Counted from the stretch's first letter, positions 45,110-55,964 are shown. The stretch: 64,000 bases of DNA from Nanobdellota archaeon (GCA_038045945.1 JBBSXC010000004.1:64001-128000), one strand, 5' to 3'. Numbers and translations: made by a program. Notes: generated from the sequence alone by a model not told the origin.

Positions 45110-45417
45110 GAAAAGGAATAATAACATTAGGAGTAACTTACAGCATAATAAGCATCATATCGCTAATTATGATAACACCATACCTATTATCATTAACCAA
45201 ACTAAACATTACGGATGTTAAAGAAGGAGGAAGGCCAGCATTCCCATGGACTTTTGTAATAATAGTAGACTTATTACCAATAATAATTATAGGAGCAAAC
45301 ATCCTAATGTGGAATTACATGAAAAGAAAAAACACTAAGATGATAGTAACAACAATTATAACACCAATAATCTATACAGCAATAATAACAGCGTACTTTT
45401 TGTTATTAATAATATAA
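45106..45417 (+). CDS. Hypothetical 3-TM membrane protein
   Basis: ATGA overlap with gap, hydrophobic helices. Confidence 0.7.
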   Translation: MRKGIITLGVTYSIISIISLIMITPYLLSLTKLNITDVKEGGRPAFPWTFVIIVDLLPIIIIGANILMWNYMKRKNTKMIVTTIITPIIYTAIITAYFLLLII

Positions 45418-45421
45418 AAAA

Positions 45422-46597
45422 ATGGTAAGAAAAAACAAACTAGTATTATTAAGAGTAGATATTAACTCAGCAATATCACAAGGAGGTAAAGTCCTAGACC
45501 AACCAAGATTCATAGAAGCAGCACAAACAATAAAAAAATTATTAAAAGAAAAAGCTAAAATTGTAATAATAGCCCACCAGGGAAGAAAGGGATCAGCCGA
45601 CTTTTGTTCACTAAAAGAGCACGCAGCAATACTAAGCAAGCATTCCAAGAGCAAAATAGAATACGTTAATGACTTATTCGGCGAAGCGGCTAACAAAGCA
45701 ATATCAAAACTAAAACCAGGACAAGCAATACTTTTAGAAAACTTACGAGATTACGATGAAGAAACACACCCAAGAATCTACAATAACCACTTTGTAAATT
45801 TCAGTAAAAAATTTGATTTATTCATTAACGATGCGTTCTCAGTAAGCCATAGAGAACAATCAAGCATAATAATACCACCAAAACACATAAAATCAACAAT
45901 TAGTGAAACCTTTAGCAACGAAATAAAAAAACTTGAAGATTTCGCACTCCATAACAACTTCAAAAAAACAATAATAATCTTAGGAGGAAGTAAAGTTGAA
46001 GACTACTTCCCCTTATTCAAATTCTTAAACAACAAAACTAACAAAATAATAGCTGGAGGAGTAATAGGCAACTTATTCTTAAAAATTTCAGGAATAAACT
46101 TAGGTTTTGAAGAAAAATGGTTCAAAGACAAAGGATACTTAAAACTAATAAAAGAATTAAGCAAAATATACAATAAGTATCACTCACAAATAATCTTGCC
46201 TGTTGACTTTGCTTTATCTGGCAACAAGAGAAAAGAGGTATTACTAAGTCAAGCACCATTTAACAAAAAAATTATGGATGTAGGACACCAAAGCGTTAAC
46301 ACAATAAAAAACCACCTTGATAATGCTGATAGAATAATAATGAAAGGACCATTAGGATTCGCAGAATTCCCACAATTCGAATACTCAACAAAAGAAGTAT
46401 TATCACACATATCAAACTTGCACATTAAACGTCACATCCCAGCACTCATTGGCGGAGGACACCTAACAACGGAAAGTTACAATAACAAAAACTTGAAGTT
46501 TTCTCACGTAAGCCTAGCAGGAGGAGCAAGCATTGCTTACTTAACGCAAGGAAAAAAAGGATTACCCGGACTTACAGCGATAAAGGATAATAAATGA
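45422..46597 (+). CDS. pgk: Phosphoglycerate kinase
   Basis: RVDINS, AHQGR, LLENLR, NDAFSVSHR, GGGH. Confidence 0.94.
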   Translation: MVRKNKLVLLRVDINSAISQGGKVLDQPRFIEAAQTIKKLLKEKAKIVIIAHQGRKGSADFCSLKEHAAILSKHSKSKIEYVNDLFGEAANKAISKLKPGQAILLENLRDYDEETHPRIYNNHFVNFSKKFDLFINDAFSVSHREQSSIIIPPKHIKSTISETFSNEIKKLEDFALHNNFKKTIIILGGSKVEDYFPLFKFLNNKTNKIIAGGVIGNLFLKISGINLGFEEKWFKDKGYLKLIKELSKIYNKYHSQIILPVDFALSGNKRKEVLLSQAPFNKKIMDVGHQSVNTIKNHLDNADRIIMKGPLGFAEFPQFEYSTKEVLSHISNLHIKRHIPALIGGGHLTTESYNNKNLKFSHVSLAGGASIAYLTQGKKGLPGLTAIKDNK

Positions 46598-46704
46598 TTA
46601 ACAAAAACCCCGAGTTAAGAAAGTGTCCTCTTTGTAAAAAAAGAATTTCTAACCCGGAACACGAGTTATGCCAGAAGTGTCATAAGAAATCTAAGAAAAA
46701 ATAA
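46594..46704 (+). CDS. 36-aa zinc-finger microprotein
   Basis: MINKNPELRKCPLCKKRISNPEHELCQKCHKKSKKK; ATGA overlap with the pgk stop; not in ORF track. Confidence 0.65.
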   Translation: MINKNPELRKCPLCKKRISNPEHELCQKCHKKSKKK

Positions 46705-46706
46705 AA

Positions 46707-48689
46707 CTATTCTTCTATTTTTTCTTCTTGTGCGTGCTTATCACCCATGCTATCTTTTAGGTTGGCTATTTGGTCACGCAAAGCAATAGCAAGCTCGAAA
46801 TCTAGAAGTTTAGCAGCATTGTGCATTTCTTTCTCAAGTTGCGTTACAAGACGAACTTTTTCTGCTTTAGGAATATGTTTAGTATCACGAATAATTATTT
46901 CAGGTTCCTCAATAGGCTTCTTAATAGTTTTAGGAGTAATTTTGTGCTTCTTATTATAAGCAACTTGTATTTCTCTACGCCTATCAGTCTCACTAATAGC
47001 ACCCTTAATAGAATCGGTCATACGATCAGCAAATAATAAAACTTTAGAATTAACATTACGAGCAGCCCTACCAATAATTTGAATAAGGCTTGAAATGTTA
47101 CGTAAAAATCCTTCTTTATCAGCATCTAAAATAGCAACTAGCCCAATCTCAGGAATATCTAAACCCTCACGAAGTAAATTAATACCAACTAGGACGTCAA
47201 ACTTACCAGCACGCAATTGCCTAATAAGTTCCGTACGCTCTAAAGTCTTAACTTCCGAATGCAAATACCTAGCACGAATACCTTTACTAGCAAAAAAATC
47301 TGTTATTTCTTCAGCCAACTTCTTAGTTAAAGAAGTAACTAAGACTCTATCACCACGTTTAACCGTTAAAGCAATTTCTTGCATAACAACTTCCATTTGA
47401 TTCTTAATAGGCTTAATAAAAATAGGAGGGTCCACTAGACCCGTAGGCCTAATTATTTGTTCAACAATCTGAGTTGAAAGACCTTTCTCATAGGCAGACG
47501 GTGTAGCACTAACAAAAACAACGTTTGCCTTCTTAAAAAAAGCCTCTACTTCCTCAAACTTCAAAGGCCTGTTATCAAGAGCGCTTGGAAGGCGGAAACC
47601 ATAATCAATAAGAGTTTGTTTACGCTGACGATCACCCTCATACATAGCATGAAGTTGAGGAATACTCTGGTGAGACTCATCAATAACTAATAAAAAATCA
47701 TCACCAAAATAATCAAGAAGACAAAAAGGTTTACTGCCAGGAGCACGACCCTCAAAATGCCTAGAATAATTCTCAATACCCTTACAAAAACCCATACTTC
47801 TAAGCATCTCTAAATCATACATAGTCCTTTGTTTAAGACGATGAGACTCAACCATTTCAAGCTTTGGAAGCCTCTGCTCAAGCTCAGCTTCTATTGATTT
47901 TAACGCCCTTTCCATCTCAGCAGGAGTAGTAACGAAGTGTCTAGCAGGATAAACAAAATAGTGATCAAGTTTTTGCAAAACACTCTGGTTTTGTTTATCA
48001 ATAACAGTAATCCTATCAATAGTTTCTCCAGTGAGCTCAATCCTTACAACGTCCTTGTCATAAGCCGGAATTATATCAATTGTATCACCCTTAACCCTAA
48101 ACCTACCAGATAATAACTCTAAATCATTTCTTTCATAAAGAATATCTAAAAATTTGGATATCAGCTCTGTTCGAGAAATTTTTTGCCCTTTAAAAAACTC
48201 AAAAGCCATACCACCATAATTTTTAGGGTTACCAATACCATAAATACAAGAAACAGAAGCAACAACAATAACATCATTACGGCTTAATAAAGAGGTAGTT
48301 GCTGAAAGCCTCATTCTTTCAATAACAGCATTAATTTGAGAATCCTTCTCAATATACTGATCCTTAGCAGGCAAATAAGATTCTGGCTGATAATAATCAT
48401 AAAAAGAAACAAAGTACTCAACACGATTATTAGGAAACAAATCCTTAAGCTCATTATAAAGTTGAGCCGCTAAGGTCTTATTATGAGCTAATACAAGTGT
48501 TGGCTTATTAAATTTTGATATAACATTAGCCATAGTGAAGGTTTTACCGCTACCAGTAACACCCATAAGCGTCTGGTAATTATCACCATTCTTAACACCG
48601 CTAACTAACTTAGAAATAGCTTCGGGCTGTGAACCAGCTGGCTTAAACTTGGAAACGAGCTCAAACTTATTCTTAAAAATGTTTTTCAT
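46707..48689 (-). CDS. uvrB: Excinuclease ABC subunit UvrB
   Basis: GVTGSGKT, YYQPESY, DESH, GINLLREGLD; start revised to MKNIF. Confidence 0.97.
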   Translation of the reverse strand: MKNIFKNKFELVSKFKPAGSQPEAISKLVSGVKNGDNYQTLMGVTGSGKTFTMANVISKFNKPTLVLAHNKTLAAQLYNELKDLFPNNRVEYFVSFYDYYQPESYLPAKDQYIEKDSQINAVIERMRLSATTSLLSRNDVIVVASVSCIYGIGNPKNYGGMAFEFFKGQKISRTELISKFLDILYERNDLELLSGRFRVKGDTIDIIPAYDKDVVRIELTGETIDRITVIDKQNQSVLQKLDHYFVYPARHFVTTPAEMERALKSIEAELEQRLPKLEMVESHRLKQRTMYDLEMLRSMGFCKGIENYSRHFEGRAPGSKPFCLLDYFGDDFLLVIDESHQSIPQLHAMYEGDRQRKQTLIDYGFRLPSALDNRPLKFEEVEAFFKKANVVFVSATPSAYEKGLSTQIVEQIIRPTGLVDPPIFIKPIKNQMEVVMQEIALTVKRGDRVLVTSLTKKLAEEITDFFASKGIRARYLHSEVKTLERTELIRQLRAGKFDVLVGINLLREGLDIPEIGLVAILDADKEGFLRNISSLIQIIGRAARNVNSKVLLFADRMTDSIKGAISETDRRREIQVAYNKKHKITPKTIKKPIEEPEIIIRDTKHIPKAEKVRLVTQLEKEMHNAAKLLDFELAIALRDQIANLKDSMGDKHAQEEKIEE

Positions 48690-48782
48690 AAAAATGACAA
48701 TAATACAGAGCTTTAAAAGATTGTGAAAGAAAAATATGACCACCAAGCAAGATTTAAATACCATTTAACCACAGTCTATTTT

Positions 48783-48851
48783 ATGACAAAGCTGAAGAGC
48801 GCGATAGAAATTAGAAGTCTTGAATTTAGCTCTAGCTTCGCATCAGCATAA
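48783..48851 (+). CDS. Putative leader peptide (uORF) MTKLKSAIEIRSLEFSSSFASA
   Basis: ATG exactly 30 nt after TTTAAATA (same spacing as leaderless genes here); lies in a long hairpin upstream of ABC-F. Confidence 0.55.
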   Translation: MTKLKSAIEIRSLEFSSSFASA

Positions 48852-48923
48852 ATCCCAACTTTTTGAGGGGAGAACTATGCAAATTTCTTTTGATTTATTC
48901 TAAATCTCTCAGCCTTATAAAAA

Positions 48924-50519
48924 ATGATAAAAATAACTAACCTAACTAAAAAATATGGAGTAGAAAGCCTATTTGAAAATATAAACTTGACTATACATAA
49001 AGGTGATAAAATTGCGGTTATTGGTCAGAACGGCTCTGGAAAGAGTACATTGATAAAATGTGTTATAGGAGAAGAGTCTTTCGATGAAGGGAAAATTGAT
49101 ATCCAAAATAATATTTCAATAAGTTTCATGGAACAAGAAAAGACTTTTGATTCTTCAGAAAAGAATTTTTGGAACTACCTAGAAGAAAAAGCAAGGTTAA
49201 TTGATGAAGATCTAAGAGAAACAGAAAGAAGGCTAGAAGACTCTAGCTTATACTCAAATGAAAAAGAACTAGAAGAAGTACTTAGGAAGCATGAAAGATT
49301 ATTAGTAAGAAATGAACAAGCAATTGAGATAAATGATATTCGTAAAATGTTAGAGAAGGCTGACTTTAATTTAAATGATTTTGATACACAATTATGCAAA
49401 CTTAGCGGAGGACAAAAGATGAAGCTACGTTTAGTTGAATGCCTTGTTAAAAAGGCTGATTTATACATATTAGATGAACCAACTAATCATCTGGATTTTG
49501 AAACTTTAAGATGGCTTGACCAGGAACTAACAGAGAAAGAAACCTTCATCATTATAAGTCATGACCGATATTTGATTAAAAGATTTGCAAAAAGAATAAT
49601 AGAAATCAGAAATAAGACTACAAATATCTATGAAACAAATTATGAAGGATACCTAAGTCAAAGGGCTCATAGAGAGGCCATTATGGGTAAAAACCATAAT
49701 AACGTAGTAAAAAAGAAAGAAAAGATGGAAGAGTCAGCTGAAAAATTAAGAAAATGGGCATCAGTAAGAGGTAGTAAGAGCAAGAGAATACTTGCAGAGA
49801 GAATTGAGAGACAGATTGAAGATCTTCCAGAAATTACTAATCCGGATGATCTTGACAATAAGTTTGAGTTATCCTTTAAAGAAAGTAAAAGAACTGGAAA
49901 CATTATTTTCGAAGGAACAAACATATCTAAGAGCTATAATAAAGAATTGTTCTTAGATGCAGACTTGGAAGTAGAAAGAGGAGAAAAAATAGCTATAATA
50001 GGCAATAATGGGTCAGGAAAAACAACTCTACTCAAAATATTATCAAAGGAAATAAAAACTGATAAAGGAACACTGATCACTGGAGAAAATGTTAAAATAG
50101 GATATTTTGATCAAGAATTCAATAACTTAAACCTAGATGAAACAGTTTTTGAGTTCTTCATAAAAAATTTCCCTTATTTAAATCAAGAAAGATTAATATC
50201 CCTTTCAACAAAGTATGGTTTGCCAAAAGATACCTTCAGACAAAGAATAAAAACTTTAAGCGGCGGAGAGAAAGCTAGAATCAATCTTCTTGTATTATCA
50301 ATGGGAGACTATAACGTCTTACTTCTTGATGAACCTACAAATAATCTCGATATTGCACTTATGGAAAGCTTAGAAAAAGCTTTACAAAACTTCAAAGGAA
50401 CAATAGTAATGATATCTCATGATAGGTACTTTATTGATAAATTAGCAACAAAAATATTTGTAATAAAAGACGAAAAGGTAATAAAGAAAAAAGGCAATTA
50501 TTCAGATAACTTTGAATAA
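48924..50519 (+). CDS. ABC-F family ribosome-associated ATPase
   Basis: Two ABC domains (GQNGSGKS/LSGGQ/DEPTNHLD; GNNGSGKT/LSGGE/DEPTNNLD), interdomain linker, no TM domains. Confidence 0.95.
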   Translation: MIKITNLTKKYGVESLFENINLTIHKGDKIAVIGQNGSGKSTLIKCVIGEESFDEGKIDIQNNISISFMEQEKTFDSSEKNFWNYLEEKARLIDEDLRETERRLEDSSLYSNEKELEEVLRKHERLLVRNEQAIEINDIRKMLEKADFNLNDFDTQLCKLSGGQKMKLRLVECLVKKADLYILDEPTNHLDFETLRWLDQELTEKETFIIISHDRYLIKRFAKRIIEIRNKTTNIYETNYEGYLSQRAHREAIMGKNHNNVVKKKEKMEESAEKLRKWASVRGSKSKRILAERIERQIEDLPEITNPDDLDNKFELSFKESKRTGNIIFEGTNISKSYNKELFLDADLEVERGEKIAIIGNNGSGKTTLLKILSKEIKTDKGTLITGENVKIGYFDQEFNNLNLDETVFEFFIKNFPYLNQERLISLSTKYGLPKDTFRQRIKTLSGGEKARINLLVLSMGDYNVLLLDEPTNNLDIALMESLEKALQNFKGTIVMISHDRYFIDKLATKIFVIKDEKVIKKKGNYSDNFE

Positions 50520-50538
50520 TCTAGCTCTTAGGTTACAT

Positions 50539-51006
50539 TCACTGAGACAAGTCGAAGAGTTTTTTACATTCTTCTCTTAAAAATCCTTCAACTAATTCTA
50601 ATTTAGGAGTGCCTTTCTCCAAAACTTGCTTACAAGAAATATCGATCTGCCTCCAAGAGAAGCTATTACCAGACTTCAGTTTTGCATCTTGAATAAAAGC
50701 ACCAAAAACTATGCCTTTCATTTTTGCCCACACCGCAGCAGAAGAACACATAGGGCAAGGTTCGCAAGTAGTATAAAGCACACAATTCTCTAGATATTTT
50801 GAATTAAGCTCTTTGCAAGCTTTCCTTATAGCAACAATTTCTGCATGAACAGTAGGATCATTTTCATGTTTAAGATTTGTTTTTCCAGTAGCAATAATTT
50901 TCCCATCTTTAACAATCACAGAACCTAGAGCGTAATCTCCCATAATTGCAGATTCTTTAGCAATTTCAATTGCTTTATGCATAAATTCAACTTTTGCTTC
51001 CATCAT
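50539..51006 (-). CDS. Zn-dependent nucleoside/guanine deaminase (TadA/GuaD-like)
   Basis: HAE and EPCPMC motifs. Confidence 0.92.
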   Translation of the reverse strand: MMEAKVEFMHKAIEIAKESAIMGDYALGSVIVKDGKIIATGKTNLKHENDPTVHAEIVAIRKACKELNSKYLENCVLYTTCEPCPMCSSAAVWAKMKGIVFGAFIQDAKLKSGNSFSWRQIDISCKQVLEKGTPKLELVEGFLREECKKLFDLSQ

Positions 51007-52519
51007 TTACCTCATCTAGTAATTCTTTTCTTCTTAAAACTCTTTGGTATGAAACCGCGAAACGGTGGGCTTCATCACGAATAGCTTGCAATAGTTGTAA
51101 ACCCTTATTGTTTTTAGGGATAATTATTGAGTCTTTAGAGTGAGTTGTGAAAACTTCTTCCAATCTTTTAGCTAAAGAAATAAGCGGAATGCTTAAACCC
51201 AAGGATGCAAGAACGTCACGAGCAGCACTTAATTGACCTTTACCACCATCAATAATAATCAAGTCAGGTTTAGACAAACCATCTCTCTTAACCTTACTGT
51301 AACGCCTCTCTATAACCTCTGCAACAGCCAAAAAATCATCACCATGAGTTTGAGCACGAATCTTAAACTTACGATAATTAGCTTTGTCAGGCATACCATC
51401 CTTAAAAGAAACCATAGAAGCAACAGTATTAGTACCACCAAGGTGAGAAATATCAAAACATTCCATCCTAGAAGGAATCTTAGGAAGACTCAAAGCTTCT
51501 TGAAGTGCCTTAGTCCTCTCTGTACCAGCAAAAAAAGTTGCGTGAACATTCTTAATAACTAATTCTAACAAATCCTTCTTATCACCCTTAACTGGAACAA
51601 TAACAGAAACCTTTCTACCAGACTTTTTAGATAAATAAGTAGAAAACTCAGCACTAATAGCTTCAGGTATAATCACTTCTTGAGGAATAGGAGCAGAATC
51701 ATAATAAACTAGCAAGAATTCCTCTAAAAAATTATCTTTTTTAGAAAAAGAAAATTCTTCTTTACCCTCAAGAACTCCTTTACGAATAGAAAAAACAAGT
51801 AAGAATACTTGATCATTAGTTACAACATAATTAATGATGTGAGAATCAACGTTCCTAGTAAGCTCCATTAATTGCTTTTCCTTAAGACTCTTAAGAGCAG
51901 CAACTTGATTACGCAAAGTTATAGCGTACTCAAAAAACTCCCTACCAGAAGCAGTAGACATCTGTAACTCTAAATCAGCAATAAGCCCATCAACATCACC
52001 TTTCAAAATCCTGCGAGCCTGATTAATTCTCTGATTATAAGCTTCTTTATCAATAAGTTTTTTATGCCTTGGTGAAAGTCTCCTAGTAAAAACTTTAAAG
52101 TTACGAGTTAAAACTTCCATTAGAGACTTACGAATAGCACCAGAAACAAAAGGACCGTAGATCTCCCCTCCATCTTTACGCGATCGATCAACTTCTAAAT
52201 AAGGATAATCTCCTGAAACAATCCTAATATAAGCATACCTAGCAGCATCCTTAAGATCAATGTTATAACGAGGATAATTTTTCTTGATTAAAGTATTCTC
52301 CAAGATAAAAGCTTCAACTTCTGTTGAAGTAACTATGAAATCCACGTTAAGAATTTCGCTCACTAACAACAAGGTTTTTTGATCATGATCTTTTTTACTA
52401 AAATAACTACTAACTCTTTTACGTAAATCTTTTGCTTTACCAACATAAATAATTTTTCCGTTCTTATCCTTGAACAAGTAGCAACCCGGACCAGCTGGAA
52501 CTGATGATAAGTTAATCAT
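50987..52519 (-). CDS. uvrC: Excinuclease ABC subunit UvrC (lacks Cys cluster and HhH tail)
   Basis: GIY-YIG (GCY..YVGKA), ECFDISH, DGGKGQL, RDEAHRFA. Confidence 0.95.
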   Translation of the reverse strand: MINLSSVPAGPGCYLFKDKNGKIIYVGKAKDLRKRVSSYFSKKDHDQKTLLLVSEILNVDFIVTSTEVEAFILENTLIKKNYPRYNIDLKDAARYAYIRIVSGDYPYLEVDRSRKDGGEIYGPFVSGAIRKSLMEVLTRNFKVFTRRLSPRHKKLIDKEAYNQRINQARRILKGDVDGLIADLELQMSTASGREFFEYAITLRNQVAALKSLKEKQLMELTRNVDSHIINYVVTNDQVFLLVFSIRKGVLEGKEEFSFSKKDNFLEEFLLVYYDSAPIPQEVIIPEAISAEFSTYLSKKSGRKVSVIVPVKGDKKDLLELVIKNVHATFFAGTERTKALQEALSLPKIPSRMECFDISHLGGTNTVASMVSFKDGMPDKANYRKFKIRAQTHGDDFLAVAEVIERRYSKVKRDGLSKPDLIIIDGGKGQLSAARDVLASLGLSIPLISLAKRLEEVFTTHSKDSIIIPKNNKGLQLLQAIRDEAHRFAVSYQRVLRRKELLDEVNDGSKS

Positions 52520-52526
52520 TAAAACT

Positions 52527-55325
52527 TCACCTCTTATCAAGAACTGGTTTTAAGAATTGTCCAGTATAACTTTTAGAGATTTTAACAACGTGTTCAGGCA
52601 CGCCTTGAGCAACTATTTGTCCACCACGATCGCCCCCTTCAGGGCCTAAATCAATAATCCAGTCAGCACACTTAATGACTTCTAAGTTGTGCTCAATAAT
52701 AACCATAGTGTTACCAGCATCCACCAATTTGTTAAGTACTTCTAAAAGATTTTTAACATCATGGAAGTGAAGACCAGTTGTCGGTTCATCAAGCAAATAA
52801 ACAGTTTTACCAGTACCACGCTTAGATAATTCACGAGTTAATTTAACTCTTTGAGCTTCACCACCACTAAGAGTAGTAGCTGACTGACCAACCTTTATGT
52901 AACCAAGACCAACATCAACAAGAGTTCTAAGCTTTCTATTAATGTTAGGAACAGACTCGAAAACACTCATTGCTTCCTCAACACTCATACTAAGAACATC
53001 AGCAATGGATTTACCTTTAAAATCAACCATTAATGTTTCTTTATTATACCTTTTACCCTTACATTCTTCACACTCAATATAAACATCTGGTAAAAAATTC
53101 ATTTCAATCTTAATAGTACCATCACCCTTACACTTTTCGCAGCGCCCCCCTTCAACATTGAATGAAAACCTGCCAGGACCATAACCTCTAATCTTAGCTT
53201 CACGAGTAGCAGCATAAAGATTTCTTATATCATCAAAAACTTTAATGTAAGTAGCAGGATTACTCCTAGGAGTTCTACCAATAGGGCTTTGATCAATAGT
53301 AATTATTTTATCAATATCAGCATCAATATCAATACTGTCATGCTTACCAGGACTTACAGAAGCACCTTCAAGCTTCTTCTTTAGTCCCTTGTTAACTATT
53401 TCTTCAACAAGAGTAGATTTACCACTACCGCTAACACCTGTAATACATGTTAACACTCCTGTTGGAATACGAACATCAATACCAGTAAGATTATTCTCTT
53501 TACAATTACTAAAAGTTATACTACCTTTCTCTTCCCTACGCTTAGGTGGAATTCTAATGTAACTTTTACCAGACAAATACTGACCAGTAATAGACTTAGG
53601 ATCAGCTATAATCTCTTTAGGAGTGCCTTGAGAAATAATATGACCCCCATGGATACCAGCACCAGGACCCATATCAACAACATAATCAGCTTTTCTAATA
53701 GTATCCTCGTCATGCTCAACAACAACCAAAGTATTACCCAAATCTCTAAGTCTATGAAGGGTCTCAATAAGTTTCATATTATCTCTTTGGTGAAGACCAA
53801 TTGATGGTTCATCAAGAATGTAAAGAACACCCATAAGGTTAGAACCAATCTGAGTAGCAAGCCTTATACGCTGAGCCTCACCACCAGAGAGAGTACCAGC
53901 ATGCCTACTCAGAGTAAGATAAGATAATCCAACATCATTAAGGAATGTTAATCTCGAGATTATTTCTTTAAGTATAAGTTTAGCTATTTCTTTATCACGA
54001 TTTTTAAGTTCTAAAGTATTAAAGAATGATAAGCATTTACTAATAGAATAATCAGTAAGATCAATTATTGATTTTTTAGCAACAGTAACAGAAAGGATCT
54101 TTTTCTTAAGCCGCTTGCCTTCACACTCGGGACAGGGGGAAGAACTCATAAACTTTTCCATTTCTTGCCTCCTCCAATCACTCTGCGTGCTCTTATACAA
54201 ACGGTCAGATTGAGGAATAACACCTTCGAAGCCACCTTGCATGTTCATGCTGCTACCATTACTCCAACGAGAGAAAATAGAAGTTTTAGAACCGTAAAGC
54301 AAAGTCTTTAGTTGCTCACTAGAAAACTTTTCTATGGGCATAAAGAGAGTAAAACCATGTTTTTTACCAACAACTTGTAATTGTTGAGCACGCCATGACA
54401 AATCCATCTTACCATAAACAGCAATAGCACCATCCATGATAGTCTTACTCTTATCAGGAATAACCAAGTCAGGATCAAACTCAATCTTAACACCAAGACC
54501 CTTACAATCCTCACAAGCGCCAAAAGGACTATTAAAAGAAAACATTCTAGGTTGCAATTCCTCAAAAGACATACCACAAACAGGACAAGCCATAAGTGTT
54601 GAATAAAGATGAGATTTTTCTTTCTCATCAAGAATAATAACTAAGCCACCACCTTTCTTAACAGCACTCTCAATACTTTCAGAAAGACGAGTCTTATCAC
54701 TAACACTAACTTTGTCAATATAAGCTTCAATATCATGCTTTTTGTAACGATCAAGCTTAACTTTCTCATCAGTGCGAAAAACCTTACCATTAATTCTAAC
54801 TTTAGAAAAACCCTCAGATGCTAAATCTTTAATTAATTGTTCATAAGTACCCTTCTTCTGACTAATAACAGGAGCAAGAACAGTAAGCTCACCCTTGAAT
54901 TCTTCAATTAACCGATTAGTTAATTGTTCAGGAGTCTGACCCTCAATTTTTTCACCATGATCAGGACAGTGGGGAATACCAATCCTAGCATATAATAATC
55001 TTAAATAATCATAAATCTCTGTAACTGTACCAACAGTACTACGAGGATTAGAACTAGTAGTTTTTTGTTCAATAGATATAGCAGGAGATAAACCATCAAT
55101 AGAATCAACATCAGGCTTATCCATAACACCTAAGAATTGTCTTGCATAAGCAGATAATGATTCAACATACCTTCTTTGACCCTCAGCGTAAAGAGTGTCA
55201 AAAGCCAAAGTAGACTTACCACTACCAGAAAGACCAGTAATAACTATCAATTTATCCCTTGGAAGAGTTAAGTTAATATTTTTTAGGTTATGCTCGCGAG
55301 CACCACGAATAATTATATCCTTCAT
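52527..55325 (-). CDS. uvrA: Excinuclease ABC subunit UvrA
   Basis: [17 protein letters not shown], Zn fingers, two LSGGEAQR. Confidence 0.98.
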   Translation of the reverse strand: MKDIIIRGAREHNLKNINLTLPRDKLIVITGLSGSGKSTLAFDTLYAEGQRRYVESLSAYARQFLGVMDKPDVDSIDGLSPAISIEQKTTSSNPRSTVGTVTEIYDYLRLLYARIGIPHCPDHGEKIEGQTPEQLTNRLIEEFKGELTVLAPVISQKKGTYEQLIKDLASEGFSKVRINGKVFRTDEKVKLDRYKKHDIEAYIDKVSVSDKTRLSESIESAVKKGGGLVIILDEKEKSHLYSTLMACPVCGMSFEELQPRMFSFNSPFGACEDCKGLGVKIEFDPDLVIPDKSKTIMDGAIAVYGKMDLSWRAQQLQVVGKKHGFTLFMPIEKFSSEQLKTLLYGSKTSIFSRWSNGSSMNMQGGFEGVIPQSDRLYKSTQSDWRRQEMEKFMSSSPCPECEGKRLKKKILSVTVAKKSIIDLTDYSISKCLSFFNTLELKNRDKEIAKLILKEIISRLTFLNDVGLSYLTLSRHAGTLSGGEAQRIRLATQIGSNLMGVLYILDEPSIGLHQRDNMKLIETLHRLRDLGNTLVVVEHDEDTIRKADYVVDMGPGAGIHGGHIISQGTPKEIIADPKSITGQYLSGKSYIRIPPKRREEKGSITFSNCKENNLTGIDVRIPTGVLTCITGVSGSGKSTLVEEIVNKGLKKKLEGASVSPGKHDSIDIDADIDKIITIDQSPIGRTPRSNPATYIKVFDDIRNLYAATREAKIRGYGPGRFSFNVEGGRCEKCKGDGTIKIEMNFLPDVYIECEECKGKRYNKETLMVDFKGKSIADVLSMSVEEAMSVFESVPNINRKLRTLVDVGLGYIKVGQSATTLSGGEAQRVKLTRELSKRGTGKTVYLLDEPTTGLHFHDVKNLLEVLNKLVDAGNTMVIIEHNLEVIKCADWIIDLGPEGGDRGGQIVAQGVPEHVVKISKSYTGQFLKPVLDKR

Positions 55326-55398
55326 GATAAAAAATGACCAATATTTGAGTTTAAATATATTAGGAAAGGAAAATAGGAATTTATTACTTCTTCATAAT

Positions 55399-55420
55399 GT
55401 CAAGAATATTAATTCTTGAC
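55399..55420. repeat. 9-4-9 inverted repeat GTCAAGAAT-ATTA-ATTCTTGAC upstream of uvrA
   Basis: Perfect 9-bp arms; operator or terminator. Confidence 0.6.
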
Positions 55421-55433
55421 CACCTCGAAAACA

Positions 55434-55616
55434 TTAAAGTTTTCTCAGTCCTAAACTTTTGAGCATATTCATACGCTCATCGTGATCTTCTTTAGAAACA
55501 GTAGGGCTTTCAGACATAACTTTTTCATGAGTAGCAGCGCCCGCATCAGCACGGCGAGCACGATTATTCTGAATTATTCTAGAAACCATACGCTTCTTGG
55601 TACCCATAGTCGCCAT
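55434..55616 (-). CDS. Small hypothetical protein (60 aa, basic N-terminus)
   Basis: MATMGTKKRMVSRIIQNNRARR...LKSLGLRKL; TATA about 30 nt upstream. Confidence 0.65.
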   Translation of the reverse strand: MATMGTKKRMVSRIIQNNRARRADAGAATHEKVMSESPTVSKEDHDERMNMLKSLGLRKL

Positions 55617-55661
55617 AAACAAAAAAAGAAAAGACAGTATAAAAATCTTTAGTAAAAAAAC

Positions 55662-55766
55662 TTATAATTCTGGGGGTTTAAGTCTGCGCGTAAATGTTGT
55701 ATCTTCGCCAAGCCTCTTTGTTGTTATTAGTCTTTCTCGTTTTTGTTTTGTTTTGTTCATCCTCAT
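55662..55766 (-). CDS. 34-aa basic microprotein
   Basis: Perfect GGAGGTGA SD; MRMNKTKQKRERLITTKRLGEDTTFTRRLKPPEL; T-tract after stop; not in ORF track. Confidence 0.6.
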   Translation of the reverse strand: MRMNKTKQKRERLITTKRLGEDTTFTRRLKPPEL

Positions 55767-55964
55767 TTTTTTTATTTCACCTCCAGTGAAATGTTTAGTA
55801 TAGAATGTTCAAGATAATCCCTTTTAAACCGATTATTAAACAAAAATCTAAATTAGAAATAAGTAAAACAAATACATAAGGCTTAAAAGCGAAAGAAAAA
55901 TTCCGACGCGAAAAACAAAAGGATATTAAAGAAAAAAATAAAATAAAAAAATAAAAGTTTTTTA

